Below the pieces are notes generated by a model that made no database searches, was not told the origin of the DNA, and saw only the letters and a program-made list of their open reading frames with translations. A program made the position numbers and the translations under genes. From an uncultured Rhodospirillaceae bacterium (GTDB taxonomy: Bacteria; Pseudomonadota; Alphaproteobacteria; UBA9219): a stretch of 52,093 bases of DNA. Of this stretch, positions 9,675-18,978 are shown in pieces (position 1 is the first letter of the stretch; each line of letters opens with the position of its first letter). The stretch lies in assembly GCA_964626265.1 (NCBI GenBank), contig CAZVCG010000012.1, positions 1 through 52,093 of the forward strand. The letters run 5' to 3'.

Positions 9675-10535
9675 ATGGAAGAACGCAATTTTTATAACGA
9701 GACGCTGTATCCGGATGTCGGCCAGCGTTTCAGGATCAAGCGCGTGTTGTTCGAAAGCGGGACGGGCTTGCAGCATCTGGTGATCTTCGAAAACGAAGTC
9801 ATGGGCAAGATCATGGCGCTCGACGGCGTTATCCAGACGACGATGGCGGACGAGTTCGTCTATCATGAAATGCTCACGCATGTGCCGATCATGGCGCACG
9901 GCGCTGCCAAACGCGTGTTGATCATCGGCGGGGGCGACGGCGGCATGTTGCGCCATTGCCTGATGCATAAAGCCGTCGAAAAGGTCACGATGGTCGAGAT
10001 AGATCGCAGCGTCGTGGATATGTCATTGCAATGGCTGCCCGAGATTTCATCCGGCGCTTTCGACGATCCTCGCGCGGATCTTGTGATCGACGACGGCTGC
10101 AAGTTCGTGAAAAACGCCAAGGACAAATACGATGTGATCATCGTCGACTCCACCGATCCGGTGGGGCCGGGCGCCGTGCTGTTCACCAGCGAGTTTTACG
10201 CCGATTGCCACAACTGCCTGACGCAGGGCGGTATCTTGGTGACGCAAAACGGCGTGCCGTTCTTCCAGCCTGAGGAGCTTTTCAACACGCATCAGCGCCT
10301 CAAGCCTATATTCAAGGACGCATGGTTCTATGTCGCGCCAGTGCCGACGTATTACGGCGGGTTCATGACGTTTGGCTGGGCCTCGGACAATGCTGCCTTG
10401 CGCCAGCAGGAGGTGGCCGACATCGCCAAGCGTTTTGGTCCGACGGGGATCAAGACGAAGTATTATAACCCCGAAATCCACGTCGGCGCGTTCGCCTTGC
10501 CCCAATTCATCAGGGAAAAGATGAACGCGAAATAG
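9675..10535 (+). CDS. speE: polyamine aminopropyltransferase (spermidine synthase)
   Basis: YHEMLTH, IGGGDGG, DSTDP and VPTYYGG; AAGGAG RBS. Confidence 0.95.
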   Translation: MEERNFYNETLYPDVGQRFRIKRVLFESGTGLQHLVIFENEVMGKIMALDGVIQTTMADEFVYHEMLTHVPIMAHGAAKRVLIIGGGDGGMLRHCLMHKAVEKVTMVEIDRSVVDMSLQWLPEISSGAFDDPRADLVIDDGCKFVKNAKDKYDVIIVDSTDPVGPGAVLFTSEFYADCHNCLTQGGILVTQNGVPFFQPEELFNTHQRLKPIFKDAWFYVAPVPTYYGGFMTFGWASDNAALRQQEVADIAKRFGPTGIKTKYYNPEIHVGAFALPQFIREKMNAK

Positions 10536-10568
10536 GCGAGCGTTAACTATAAGATAGGGCGGTAAAGT

Positions 10569-10697
10569 CCCCCTCCCCTTGCGGGAGGGGGTAGGGGAGG
10601 GGTATATAAAGATTTCAATTTACCCCCTCACCTGCAAAAACTAATGGTTTACTGCGTAAACAAAAGTTTTTGCTTCCTCTCCCTCCAGGGGAGAGGG
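10569..10697. repeat. palindromic element family B, copy 1 (CCCCTCCCCTTGCGGGAGGGG type)
   Basis: terminal hairpins ccccctcccc-ttgc-gggaggggg and cctctccc-tccag-gggagaggg; shares accccctcacctgca with the copy near 44172. Confidence 0.8.
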
Positions 10698-10722
10698 CCA
10701 AAATATAACCATTACCGTTAGC

Positions 10723-10752
10723 CTTGACTTGCCTTTAGGCTTGCCCCTATAA
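10723..10752 (+). promoter_or_regulatory. sigma70-type promoter upstream of rpmB
   Basis: CTTGACT, 17-nt spacer, CTATAA; close to the alphaproteobacterial CTTGAC...CTATAT consensus. Confidence 0.5.
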
Positions 10753-10872
10753 AGCCCCGCTTGGAAGAGATTGGGAGCGGGTTGCGCTCCTTAAACGCTT
10801 GCCGCCACAAAAGGCGCGGCGATAATCAGGAAACAGATGGAAAAAGGCCCGGCCCAGCCGGAGGAGGTTCAA

Positions 10873-11166
10873 ATGGCTCGTGTATGCGCAGTGACAGGCA
10901 AAAAGCCCCGCTTTGGCAATAAGGTCAGCCACGCCAACAACAAGACGCGCCGCCGCTGGCAGCCGAACCTTCAGGTGTGCTCGTTCCCGTCCGAGATTTT
11001 GGGCAAGAGCGTCACGCTGCGCCTGACGGCCAACGGCATCCGCACGATCGAGCACAACGGCGGCGTTGATGCATGGCTTTTGACCACGCGCCCCTCGCGC
11101 CTTTCCGAAGACGCGCTCAAAATCCGCAAAGCCCTGCAAAAGAAGCAGGCAGCCAAAGCGGCGTAA
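10873..11166 (+). CDS. rpmB: 50S ribosomal protein L28
   Basis: [32 protein letters not shown]; GGAGGAGG RBS. Confidence 0.97.
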   Translation: MARVCAVTGKKPRFGNKVSHANNKTRRRWQPNLQVCSFPSEILGKSVTLRLTANGIRTIEHNGGVDAWLLTTRPSRLSEDALKIRKALQKKQAAKAA

Positions 11167-11323
11167 GAGCCCACAATTTTTTGCCGAGCAAAAACGTTTT
11201 CAACGTCAGTTGGCATGGAAGCCGCAAAATGCGGACAGGAACAGGATGATGCGCTTAGGCCAGCGCGGCGCAGTTGCGAGCAACGGCAAGGCTTGCGGGT
11301 AAAAATTCATAATTGTGTCGATG

Positions 11324-11430
11324 TGTCATCCCCGCGAAAGCGGGGATCCAGCGCCGCATGTCAATGCGGCAAAAGAGTCATGTGGCTCGCAGACGCTCGC
11401 CACTGGATTCCCGCTTCCGCGGTAATGACA
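11324..11430. repeat. palindromic element family A (TGTC/CGTC-tagged REP doublet, 107 bp)
   Basis: tgtcatccccgcgaaagcggggatcca ... ggattcccgcttccgcggtaatgaca; colinear with 21000-21106. Confidence 0.9.
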
Positions 11431-11463
11431 CTAATGGATAATTCCACCCAAGCAGTAAATGCG

Positions 11464-11515
11464 CTGGATTCTAAGTGGAGCCTACCCCGGGCAACGGCAC
11501 GTGGCGGGAATGACA
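11464..11515. repeat. family A right-half element
   Basis: ggattc..tggagcctaccccg...gggaatgaca resembles the right half of 28150-28292. Confidence 0.6.
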
Positions 11516-11578
11516 AGTTTATTGGTCGTCGTTTAACAGAGCTTGCCTAATAGTCGCTGTTCTTTATAACAACACCCC

Positions 11579-12241
11579 ATGACTTCATCCTCCACCATCA
11601 TCGCCATTGACGGCCTGTCGGCCAGCGGGAAGGGCACGTTGGCCAAACGGCTGGCGGCGCATCTCGGCTATGCGTATCTCGACACAGGGCTGCTGTACCG
11701 CGCGGCGGGCATGATGGCCAAGGAGGCGGGCGTACCGCTCGACGACATGTCCGGGCTGGCTGCCTATGCCGGACGCATGGACGTGAAAGCCCTTATTGAC
11801 CGTCTTAACGATGAAGCCCTGCGCGGCGACGAAGCGGCTCATGCGGCCTCCAAAGTTGGGCCTGTTAAGGAAATTCGTGCTGCCCTTTTGAAATTCCAGC
11901 AGGATTTCGCCCATCACCCGCCCGGTGGTGAGAAGGGGGCTGTGCTGGACGGAAGGGATATCGGGACGATTATAGCCCCCGAAGCACCCGTTAAAATCTT
12001 TGTCACGGCCAGCGTCGAAACCCGCGCAAAACGGCGGTTTCTGGAGTTGCAGGGGCGGGGGATAGGTGCTACTGAAGCCGAAGTTCTTGCGGATATGCGG
12101 GCGCGTGACGAGCGCGACCAGACGCGAGCCACGGCTCCGGCCAAACCGGCCGATGATGCGGTCATCCTCGACACAACGAGCATGAATGCGGATCAGGCCT
12201 TTGAGGCGGCTTTGGCTATCGTAAAGGACAAGCTCAAGTAA
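11579..12241 (+). CDS. cmk: cytidylate kinase
   Basis: IAIDGLSASGKGT, YLDTGLLYR and VLDGRDIGT; directly upstream of rpsA. Confidence 0.96.
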   Translation: MTSSSTIIAIDGLSASGKGTLAKRLAAHLGYAYLDTGLLYRAAGMMAKEAGVPLDDMSGLAAYAGRMDVKALIDRLNDEALRGDEAAHAASKVGPVKEIRAALLKFQQDFAHHPPGGEKGAVLDGRDIGTIIAPEAPVKIFVTASVETRAKRRFLELQGRGIGATEAEVLADMRARDERDQTRATAPAKPADDAVILDTTSMNADQAFEAALAIVKDKLK

Positions 12242-12445
12242 ATTGGGCCGCTGGCGTGGCGCCGGCAACGGATAGATTTTGAAAACAGGCGGGCCCCGCT
12301 TTCAGCCCCGGTGATCAGGTTTAACCGCAAACACAAACGCCCCTCGGGGCAAAAACGAAAGCGGCGGGGTCTCCCCGCGACGGAACCGGAGGCGCTTTCG
12401 GCGCAGGTTCCCGGCCTTTCGGGGCCTGAAAGAGAAAACATCTAC

Positions 12446-14215
12446 ATGGCTAAATCACAAACAAAACGCATCGGACGCGAAGACCTTTCTGTCGTCAAAG
12501 CGACGCATGCTCCTGGCGAAAGCTTCGCCGAACTGCTCGAAGGTTCCTTCGGCAAGCGGGGCGGCATGGAAGGCAGTGTCATCAAGGGCAAGATCGTTGC
12601 CGATGACGGCGACTATTACGTTATCGACGTCGGCCTGAAATCCGAAGGCCGCGTTCTGAAGAAAGAATTCGCTCTCCCCGGTATGACGCCGGAAGTCAAG
12701 ATCGGCGATCTCGTCGAAGTTTTCCTCGAACGCATGGAAGACCGCAACGGCGAAGCCTCGCTGTCGCGCGAGAAAGCCAAGCGCGAGGAAAGCTGGACGG
12801 TTCTCGAAAAATCTTTCGAGAAACAAGAACGCGTCACCGGAATCATTTTTGGCCGCGTCAAGGGTGGCTTCACGGTTGACCTCAGCGGCGCTGTGGCGTT
12901 CTTGCCGGGCTCGCAAGTCGACATTCGCCCCGTACGCGATATCACGCCGCTCATGGGCACGCCCCAACCGTTCCAGATTTTGAAGATGGATCGCCAACGC
13001 GGCAACATCGTCGTTTCGCGCCGCGCCGTGCTTGAAGAAAGCCGCGCTGAAGCGCGTTCGGAACTCGTAGCCAACCTTAAGGAAGGTCAAGTGCTCCAAG
13101 GCGTCGTCAAGAACATCACCGATTACGGCGCGTTCGTCGATCTTGGCGGCGTGGACGGCCTGTTACACGTCACCGACATCGCGTGGAAGCGCGTCAATCA
13201 TCCTTCCGAAGTGCTGCAAATCGGCCAGCAGGTCACCGTGCAGGTCATCCGCTTCAACGCCGACACCCAGCGCATCAGTCTCGGCATGAAGCAGCTCGAA
13301 GCCGATCCTTGGGAAGGCGTCGTGTCTCGTTATCCGGCCAACCTGCGCCTCAAGGGCCGCGTGACCAACATCACCGATTATGGCGCTTTCGTCGAGTTGG
13401 AACCGGGGATCGAAGGTCTCGTTCACGTTTCGGAAATGTCTTGGACGAAGAAGAACGTGCATCCGGGCAAGATCGTTTCGACCTCGCAGGAAGTCGAAGT
13501 CATGGTGCTCGACGTCGATATGTCCAAGCGCCGCATTAGCCTGGGCCTCAAGCAGGTCACCGAAAATCCATGGGAGAAGTTCCGCGATACGTACAAGGTC
13601 GGCGATACGCTTTCGGGCGAAGTCCGCAATACGACCGAGTTCGGCCTTTTCGTGGGTCTGCCCGGCGATATCGACGGCATGGTCCATATGTCCGACCTTT
13701 CGTGGGACAAGCCTGGCGAAGAAGCCATTCAGGCTTATCAAAAAGGCCAGACGGTCGAGGTCAAGATCCTCGATATCGACGCCGAGAAAGAGCGTATCAG
13801 CCTTGGCATCAAACAGCTGACCAAAGATCCGTTTGAAAACGTCGTCGTCAACTTCAAGAAGGGCGATGTCGTCACCTGCACCGTCAGCGCGATTGCCGAA
13901 AACGGCATCGAGGTCACGCTTGGCGACACGGCAGGCGGCTTCACCGGCTTCATCAAGCGCAACGATCTTGCGCGCGATCGCTCCGAACAGCGTCCCGACC
14001 GCTTCGCTGTCGGTGAAAAGGTCGACGCCAAGATCACCAACATCGACAAGGCTGCTCACAAGGTCACGTTGTCGATCAAGGCGCGCGAGGCTGACGAGGA
14101 AAAGCAGGCGATGGCTGAATACGGCTCGTCCGACTCTGGTGCATCGCTCGGCGACATTCTGGGAGCCGCCATCAAGCGTGCCCAGAAGAAGAAAGCCGAC
14201 AAAGACGGAGAATAA
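12446..14215 (+). CDS. rpsA: 30S ribosomal protein S1
   Basis: repeated S1 domains (NITDYGAFVDLGG, VTNITDYGAFVEL); start placed at MAKSQTK. Confidence 0.97.
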   Translation: MAKSQTKRIGREDLSVVKATHAPGESFAELLEGSFGKRGGMEGSVIKGKIVADDGDYYVIDVGLKSEGRVLKKEFALPGMTPEVKIGDLVEVFLERMEDRNGEASLSREKAKREESWTVLEKSFEKQERVTGIIFGRVKGGFTVDLSGAVAFLPGSQVDIRPVRDITPLMGTPQPFQILKMDRQRGNIVVSRRAVLEESRAEARSELVANLKEGQVLQGVVKNITDYGAFVDLGGVDGLLHVTDIAWKRVNHPSEVLQIGQQVTVQVIRFNADTQRISLGMKQLEADPWEGVVSRYPANLRLKGRVTNITDYGAFVELEPGIEGLVHVSEMSWTKKNVHPGKIVSTSQEVEVMVLDVDMSKRRISLGLKQVTENPWEKFRDTYKVGDTLSGEVRNTTEFGLFVGLPGDIDGMVHMSDLSWDKPGEEAIQAYQKGQTVEVKILDIDAEKERISLGIKQLTKDPFENVVVNFKKGDVVTCTVSAIAENGIEVTLGDTAGGFTGFIKRNDLARDRSEQRPDRFAVGEKVDAKITNIDKAAHKVTLSIKAREADEEKQAMAEYGSSDSGASLGDILGAAIKRAQKKKADKDGE

Positions 14216-14240
14216 AAACCTTTTATAACTCCATGAAACG

Positions 14241-14273
14241 AGCCGCAGGAGACGACCCTCCTGCGGCTTTTTT
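14241..14273 (+). terminator. intrinsic terminator after rpsA
   Basis: 11-bp stem agccgcaggag/ctcctgcggct followed by a T run. Confidence 0.9.
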
Positions 14274-14363
14274 ATTGGGAAATGCGGAATATCTTTGCAT
14301 GTCAAGAACTTGTTAACTGTTCCGGAACATACTTTTTCCGTCTAAAACATATTATGTAACCCT

Positions 14364-14801
14364 ATGATCGAAATTTCACAACTTAAGGTTCTTCTCGTCG
14401 ACGATCATATGCTGGTTCAACAGTATGTGAAAAATGTCTTGCTGGAATTCCATATTGCGGACATCACGTGTTGCAAGGATGGCAACGAGGCGGTCGATCT
14501 TATCGAAAAAGCCTATTTCGTCAAAAAGCCCTATGACATCGTTTTTCTTGATTGGAACATGCCGACGGTTAACGGCATCGGTGTGCTATCGTATATCCGC
14601 CGCAAAAAGGAATACGAGGATATGGCGGTCGTGATGCTCACGGCTGAGGCTGACATGCCTAACATCGTGAAAGCGATCAACATCGGCGCGACATCCTATA
14701 TCGTTAAGCCGACGACGGCTGGCGAGATACGCAAGAAGGTTCTTGAGGTTTATGAGTGGCTCAAGAAAAAGCGCGAAAAAGTTATAAATAGGCATAAATA
14801 A
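14364..14801 (+). CDS. single-domain CheY-like response regulator
   Basis: LLVDD, FLDWNMP (phosphoacceptor Asp), MLTAE and YIVKP. Confidence 0.9.
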   Translation: MIEISQLKVLLVDDHMLVQQYVKNVLLEFHIADITCCKDGNEAVDLIEKAYFVKKPYDIVFLDWNMPTVNGIGVLSYIRRKKEYEDMAVVMLTAEADMPNIVKAINIGATSYIVKPTTAGEIRKKVLEVYEWLKKKREKVINRHK

Positions 14802-14933
14802 TTTACCTCTCGTTTTTTGCAAAATGCAATTAACTTTGTAAGTTATTAAGGGTACAACAAAATAACGCAAAATAGCATATTATTTGAAAGGCAATGATTG
14901 ATTGTTGAGATATAGTCCGGATTATTATACTTA

Positions 14934-15722
14934 TTGAATATGGATAATAATATTCTGGATTCTTTCTCAAAATTAGGCCTTAAGCGCGACGAAGCCAAAG
15001 TTTATTTGGAATGTTTGGGCGATAAGGAAAACGGCCTTTTTGTTCATGAAATCGTCAAACGAAGCGGCATCAAACGCAGCACGGTCGATATTATAATTAG
15101 AAGGCTGTTGAAGAAGAAATTCTTAAGCGGCAAAAGCAAGGGACTCAGAAAGCAATATGTTTCGGCGCCGCCAAACGAGCTCTTGTTTGCATTCCAGCGC
15201 AATCTCGTAAAATTCCGAAAAATAGTTCCAGAACTAATGTCTTTGGACAAAAGCCATCTCGAGGCTTCGGTGACCTATTACGAAGGTCGGTCCGGCATCA
15301 AGGCGGTTTATGACGAAATAATACTGGCTCTGCGCGGGCTGCCGAAAAAAGAGCGCATCAATTACGTCATTACGTCCGGCATCGACATTGAGACCATTTA
15401 TCCGAATTTCGAGCATGAACACATCGCGCGCCGCTGGCGCGAGGGAATTTCGGTGCGCTTGTTGACTCCCAAGGGCTGTTCGTTTGCCGTTGGGGCGCCG
15501 AGCCGGAAAAAGGTCCGCGAGGTAAAAACTTACGACAAGAAAGAATTTCCCTTCGAAATAGAGCTTAGCCTCGCAAATGACAAAACGATGCTCGTGTCGA
15601 ATTTTCAGCCGATGTGCGGGGTGGTCATTCACAGCAAGATCGTGACGGATTCGCTCAGGTCCATATTCAACATGCTATGGGATTATCTGGGTAAGCCCGA
15701 ACCAGTAAAAGAGGGCGCGTAA
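14934..15722 (+). CDS. TrmB-family winged-helix transcription regulator, paralog 1
   Basis: LGLKRDEAKVYLECL...EIVKRSGIKRSTV helix-turn-helix plus TrmB-like C-terminal domain. Confidence 0.75.
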   Translation: MNMDNNILDSFSKLGLKRDEAKVYLECLGDKENGLFVHEIVKRSGIKRSTVDIIIRRLLKKKFLSGKSKGLRKQYVSAPPNELLFAFQRNLVKFRKIVPELMSLDKSHLEASVTYYEGRSGIKAVYDEIILALRGLPKKERINYVITSGIDIETIYPNFEHEHIARRWREGISVRLLTPKGCSFAVGAPSRKKVREVKTYDKKEFPFEIELSLANDKTMLVSNFQPMCGVVIHSKIVTDSLRSIFNMLWDYLGKPEPVKEGA

Positions 15723-15724
15723 GC

Positions 15725-16519
15725 ATGCTTAAGAAAGAAAACTATATCGAGATCATGCGCCATTTGGGGTTGGGGCGCGACGAAGCCCAAATCTATTTGG
15801 CGTGCTTGCAAAACAAACAAGGATTGTTCGTCCACGAAATCGTGACGCGCAGCGGCGTAAATCGCAGCACGACGGATGTTTGCATAAAACGATTGCTCGA
15901 TAAGAATTACTTATCCCGCTTTCAAGAGGGCCGTCGTAGTAAATTCGTCGCGACAAGCCCGGAAAGGATTCTCGTTGAATTCCAAAGAAGTATCGAAGGA
16001 TTGAGCGCCGTTTTGCCCAAACTGTTAAAAGGCAACGACAAGCAGGACAAAACCCAGGTTTCCTTTTTCAAGGGCCTGAACGGCATGGCATCGATTCATA
16101 AGGACATCGTGCGCACGATGGAAAATCTCCCGCCGGACAAACAAACGCTGCACATTCTGACGGAAGGCAAATCAATGGAAAAAGCCATGCCGGACTTGCA
16201 CAGGGAGTTCATCTTACCGACGGTAAAAAAGCGCATAAAAAAGCGCGTTCTGGCCATGAAAAAACCCCGGCATGAAACCTGGAACACGGACAGCAGCGTA
16301 TTGCGCGAAACCAAGCACTTTGACGGCAACAGGTATCCTTGTTCTTCAGACATATTGATCGCCCACGACAAGATATTTTTCGTTTCGGCCAAGGAACCTG
16401 TTGGCGGCATTACTATAAAAAACGAAAGAATCGCCTCATCTTTTCAATCATTATTTTCCATGCTTTGGGAATTACTTGGCCCTGTCGATCCAGACGTGAA
16501 GGCCCATAAGACGCGATAA
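15725..16519 (+). CDS. TrmB-family winged-helix transcription regulator, paralog 2
   Basis: LGLGRDEAQIYLACL...EIVTRSGVNRSTT; aligns with paralog 1. Confidence 0.75.
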   Translation: MLKKENYIEIMRHLGLGRDEAQIYLACLQNKQGLFVHEIVTRSGVNRSTTDVCIKRLLDKNYLSRFQEGRRSKFVATSPERILVEFQRSIEGLSAVLPKLLKGNDKQDKTQVSFFKGLNGMASIHKDIVRTMENLPPDKQTLHILTEGKSMEKAMPDLHREFILPTVKKRIKKRVLAMKKPRHETWNTDSSVLRETKHFDGNRYPCSSDILIAHDKIFFVSAKEPVGGITIKNERIASSFQSLFSMLWELLGPVDPDVKAHKTR

Positions 16520-16656
16520 AAAGCCCCAAAAAAAGCGAGTCATCGAAAACGTGTTGCGCCCCAAAGGGTTAAACAAGCCGCCGCTTGACTCTAGTGAGAG
16601 GCTTTGGCAATTTCTTTAAGACTCACATGTTTCCTAACAGCTCGCGGAGAGCCCCG

Positions 16657-16956
16657 ATGACCAAGTCCGACCTCATCCTGCGTCTTGCCGAAAAATATCC
16701 TCATTTGCTGCAGAGGGATATTGAACGCATCGTTAACACCGTATTCGACGAAGTGTCGAATGCGTTGGCGCGCGGTAACCGTGTGGAGCTGAGGGGGTTC
16801 GGAGCTTTCTCGATCAAGCGCCGTGAATCCCGCCAGGGACGCAACCCTCGCACGGGCCAGACGGTTCATGTCGCCGCCAAGTGCGTACCGTTTTTCAAGA
16901 CGGGCAAGCAACTGCGCGACCGCCTGAACGGCATTGAAGGAACCGCGGACGACTAG
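16657..16956 (+). CDS. ihfB: integration host factor subunit beta
   Basis: [18 protein letters not shown] and GRNPRTG. Confidence 0.95.
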   Translation: MTKSDLILRLAEKYPHLLQRDIERIVNTVFDEVSNALARGNRVELRGFGAFSIKRRESRQGRNPRTGQTVHVAAKCVPFFKTGKQLRDRLNGIEGTADD

Positions 16957-16987
16957 GTTTGATCCTGAGATCGAGTCCAGAAATTTC

Positions 16988-18139
16988 CTATCGGCGCGAT
17001 GCGCCTTGGATTACGTGTTGTCTCAGAATAAGAAGGCCTTTTAGTGCGCTTGACGGAAACAGCTTTATGACCGTCTTGATGTGACGGGTTCCCAACCGAT
17101 GCCATCTAAATACGACATTGGCAAGCCTTCCTTTAAAGGTTCGTGCGAAGCTAAAGACTGGCAATTCACGGACATCTGTCGCGTTGCGAAATTTGTAGTC
17201 TTCAGTGCCGCGCATGAAGTCGAATTCTTTTATGCCGTTATCAATGGCCCAATACATTGAATGCATGAAAACCAAAAGACCTGTCGAATAACTGCGCCAT
17301 TCCGGATCGTAACTCGTGAAATAGCATTGCAGCGTAGAACGTTCGATAAAACCAAACAAATGGGAAACGGGCTTGTCGCCACACTTAAGCACCCCCAGAA
17401 ACATTTTGCCCTGTTCGGCTGCGCGCAACACCATACGATGGAAAATTTCCTTAATGTGAGGGTTCGAAAATATGCCGACTTTTCTGCAATCATGAAACCA
17501 TGCCGTTTTGTGCTGCACCATCGTGTCGATGAGATCCTTGGGAGCGGGAGATGTGCGGATAATCTCAAAACTTACCGGTCCTTTCTGTTTGAGCTTTTTG
17601 CTTTTAACATTAAAGTTGCGCCTTTGTTTGGGCCTGCACGACGCGCGCCATGCGTCGCCATTTTTCCACGTGAGCGAAATATAGGGCGCGTTGTTAAACT
17701 CTGATATAACGGCAAAAGAGGCAAGGTGTTCGGCATCGCGTGAAGCTGGGCGAACGTCTTTAATTAACGCAAGATCGTATAAGGAACTGTTGCGGGCCGT
17801 TTCCCATAGCGCCGATACGACATCGTCATCTTCGGCCAGCGTTGAGCAGTAGTCGTAAATTTCGTTACCTGCCCATTCGAGAATTCGGGTGTAGCATCGT
17901 TTTTCAACCATAAGAGGAAGGATGCCCACAAGCCGCTCATTGCGCGTCGCCGTGACAATATGTAAGGAACGGCGACTGTTTTGGCCAATCGTTTCCCACC
18001 AGTCGCGAATCCAGTCATAACAACTGAACAGATGCGCTTCCGTGCGTGATTGCAAGGCTCGCCAATCATCCGCTATCGCGTCCATATCGCGATCATCCGA
18101 AAGAATACGGCACGTGATGGAAAGATCCGCCAACTTCAA
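16988..18139 (-). CDS. GNAT-family acetyltransferase (CelD/BcsL-like)
   Basis: HLFSCYDW, ILPLM, YDYC, YSTGLL and FDFMRGTEDYKFR. Confidence 0.8.
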   Translation of the reverse strand: MKLADLSITCRILSDDRDMDAIADDWRALQSRTEAHLFSCYDWIRDWWETIGQNSRRSLHIVTATRNERLVGILPLMVEKRCYTRILEWAGNEIYDYCSTLAEDDDVVSALWETARNSSLYDLALIKDVRPASRDAEHLASFAVISEFNNAPYISLTWKNGDAWRASCRPKQRRNFNVKSKKLKQKGPVSFEIIRTSPAPKDLIDTMVQHKTAWFHDCRKVGIFSNPHIKEIFHRMVLRAAEQGKMFLGVLKCGDKPVSHLFGFIERSTLQCYFTSYDPEWRSYSTGLLVFMHSMYWAIDNGIKEFDFMRGTEDYKFRNATDVRELPVFSFARTFKGRLANVVFRWHRLGTRHIKTVIKLFPSSALKGLLILRQHVIQGASRR

Positions 18140-18195
18140 TCTCGCCCTGTTGGGAAATAGCTCATGCTGAGCCTATTGATAATATCATGCGAGTT

Positions 18196-18975
18196 TCAAA
18201 TACGCCAGCCGGTATGAATAACGGCGATCCCGCCGCTAAGGTTAACCCAACGAACCCTTTCAAACCCTGCTTTTTTCATGCGTTTGGTTAAAGAGGCTTG
18301 GTCGGGAAACTTTCTGATGCTTTCCGCGAGGTACTGATACGCGTTGCGATCGTCAGCCACATATTGCCCCAACCACGGAAGGACGCTGAAACTATAACGC
18401 TCATACAGTTTTTTCATCCACGGACTCACATTGGGGCTGAACTCAAGGCAGAAAAAACGCCCGCCCGGCTTAAGGACGCGGAAAAATTCGGTCAGCGCTG
18501 TATCGATTTTCGTGACGTTGCGCAGCCCAAACGCGATGCAAACGGTATCAAAGCTGCGGTTGGGGAAGGGCAAGCCCTCGGCGTTACCGGCGATCCATCT
18601 TATTTCTTTCAACCATCCCTGATCGATGGCTTTGGCCCGTCCTTCTTTCATCATCGCGGGGTTGATGTCACAGACGGTTATGTGCGCCTTTTCCTCTGAA
18701 CGTGCGGCGCAGCGCAAAGCGATATCGCCCGTCCCGCCCGCAACGTCCAATATCTTTTGCCCCTTGCGCGGGTTCATCTTTGCAACAAGACGGCGTTTCC
18801 AAAGCCGATGCAAACCGCCTGACATTAGGTCATTCATCAGGTCGTAGTGTGGGGCGACCGACTTGAACACGCGGCTTACGCGGGCGGTTTTGTCGTCGGG
18901 CTTTACGCGCTCAAACCCAAACCATGCGCTTTCGGGATTAAATCGTTCCGGTTTGATGCGACGCTTGGCCGTCAT
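18196..18975 (-). CDS. ubiE: ubiquinone/menaquinone biosynthesis C-methyltransferase
   Basis: YDLMNDLMSGGLHRLWK, LDVAGGTGD, AFGLRNVT and YQYLAESIRKFP. Confidence 0.95.
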   Translation of the reverse strand: MTAKRRIKPERFNPESAWFGFERVKPDDKTARVSRVFKSVAPHYDLMNDLMSGGLHRLWKRRLVAKMNPRKGQKILDVAGGTGDIALRCAARSEEKAHITVCDINPAMMKEGRAKAIDQGWLKEIRWIAGNAEGLPFPNRSFDTVCIAFGLRNVTKIDTALTEFFRVLKPGGRFFCLEFSPNVSPWMKKLYERYSFSVLPWLGQYVADDRNAYQYLAESIRKFPDQASLTKRMKKAGFERVRWVNLSGGIAVIHTGWRI

Positions 18976-18978
18976 CGT

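Noticed and set aside
11215-11550. 111-aa ORF between rpmB and cmk
   Set aside because: It mostly translates family A repeats (SSPRKRGSS, WIPASAVMT) and has no RBS.
12311-12445. N-terminal extension of RpsA in the ORF track
   Set aside because: It reads through the structured 5' UTR; S1 similarity starts after ATG 12446.
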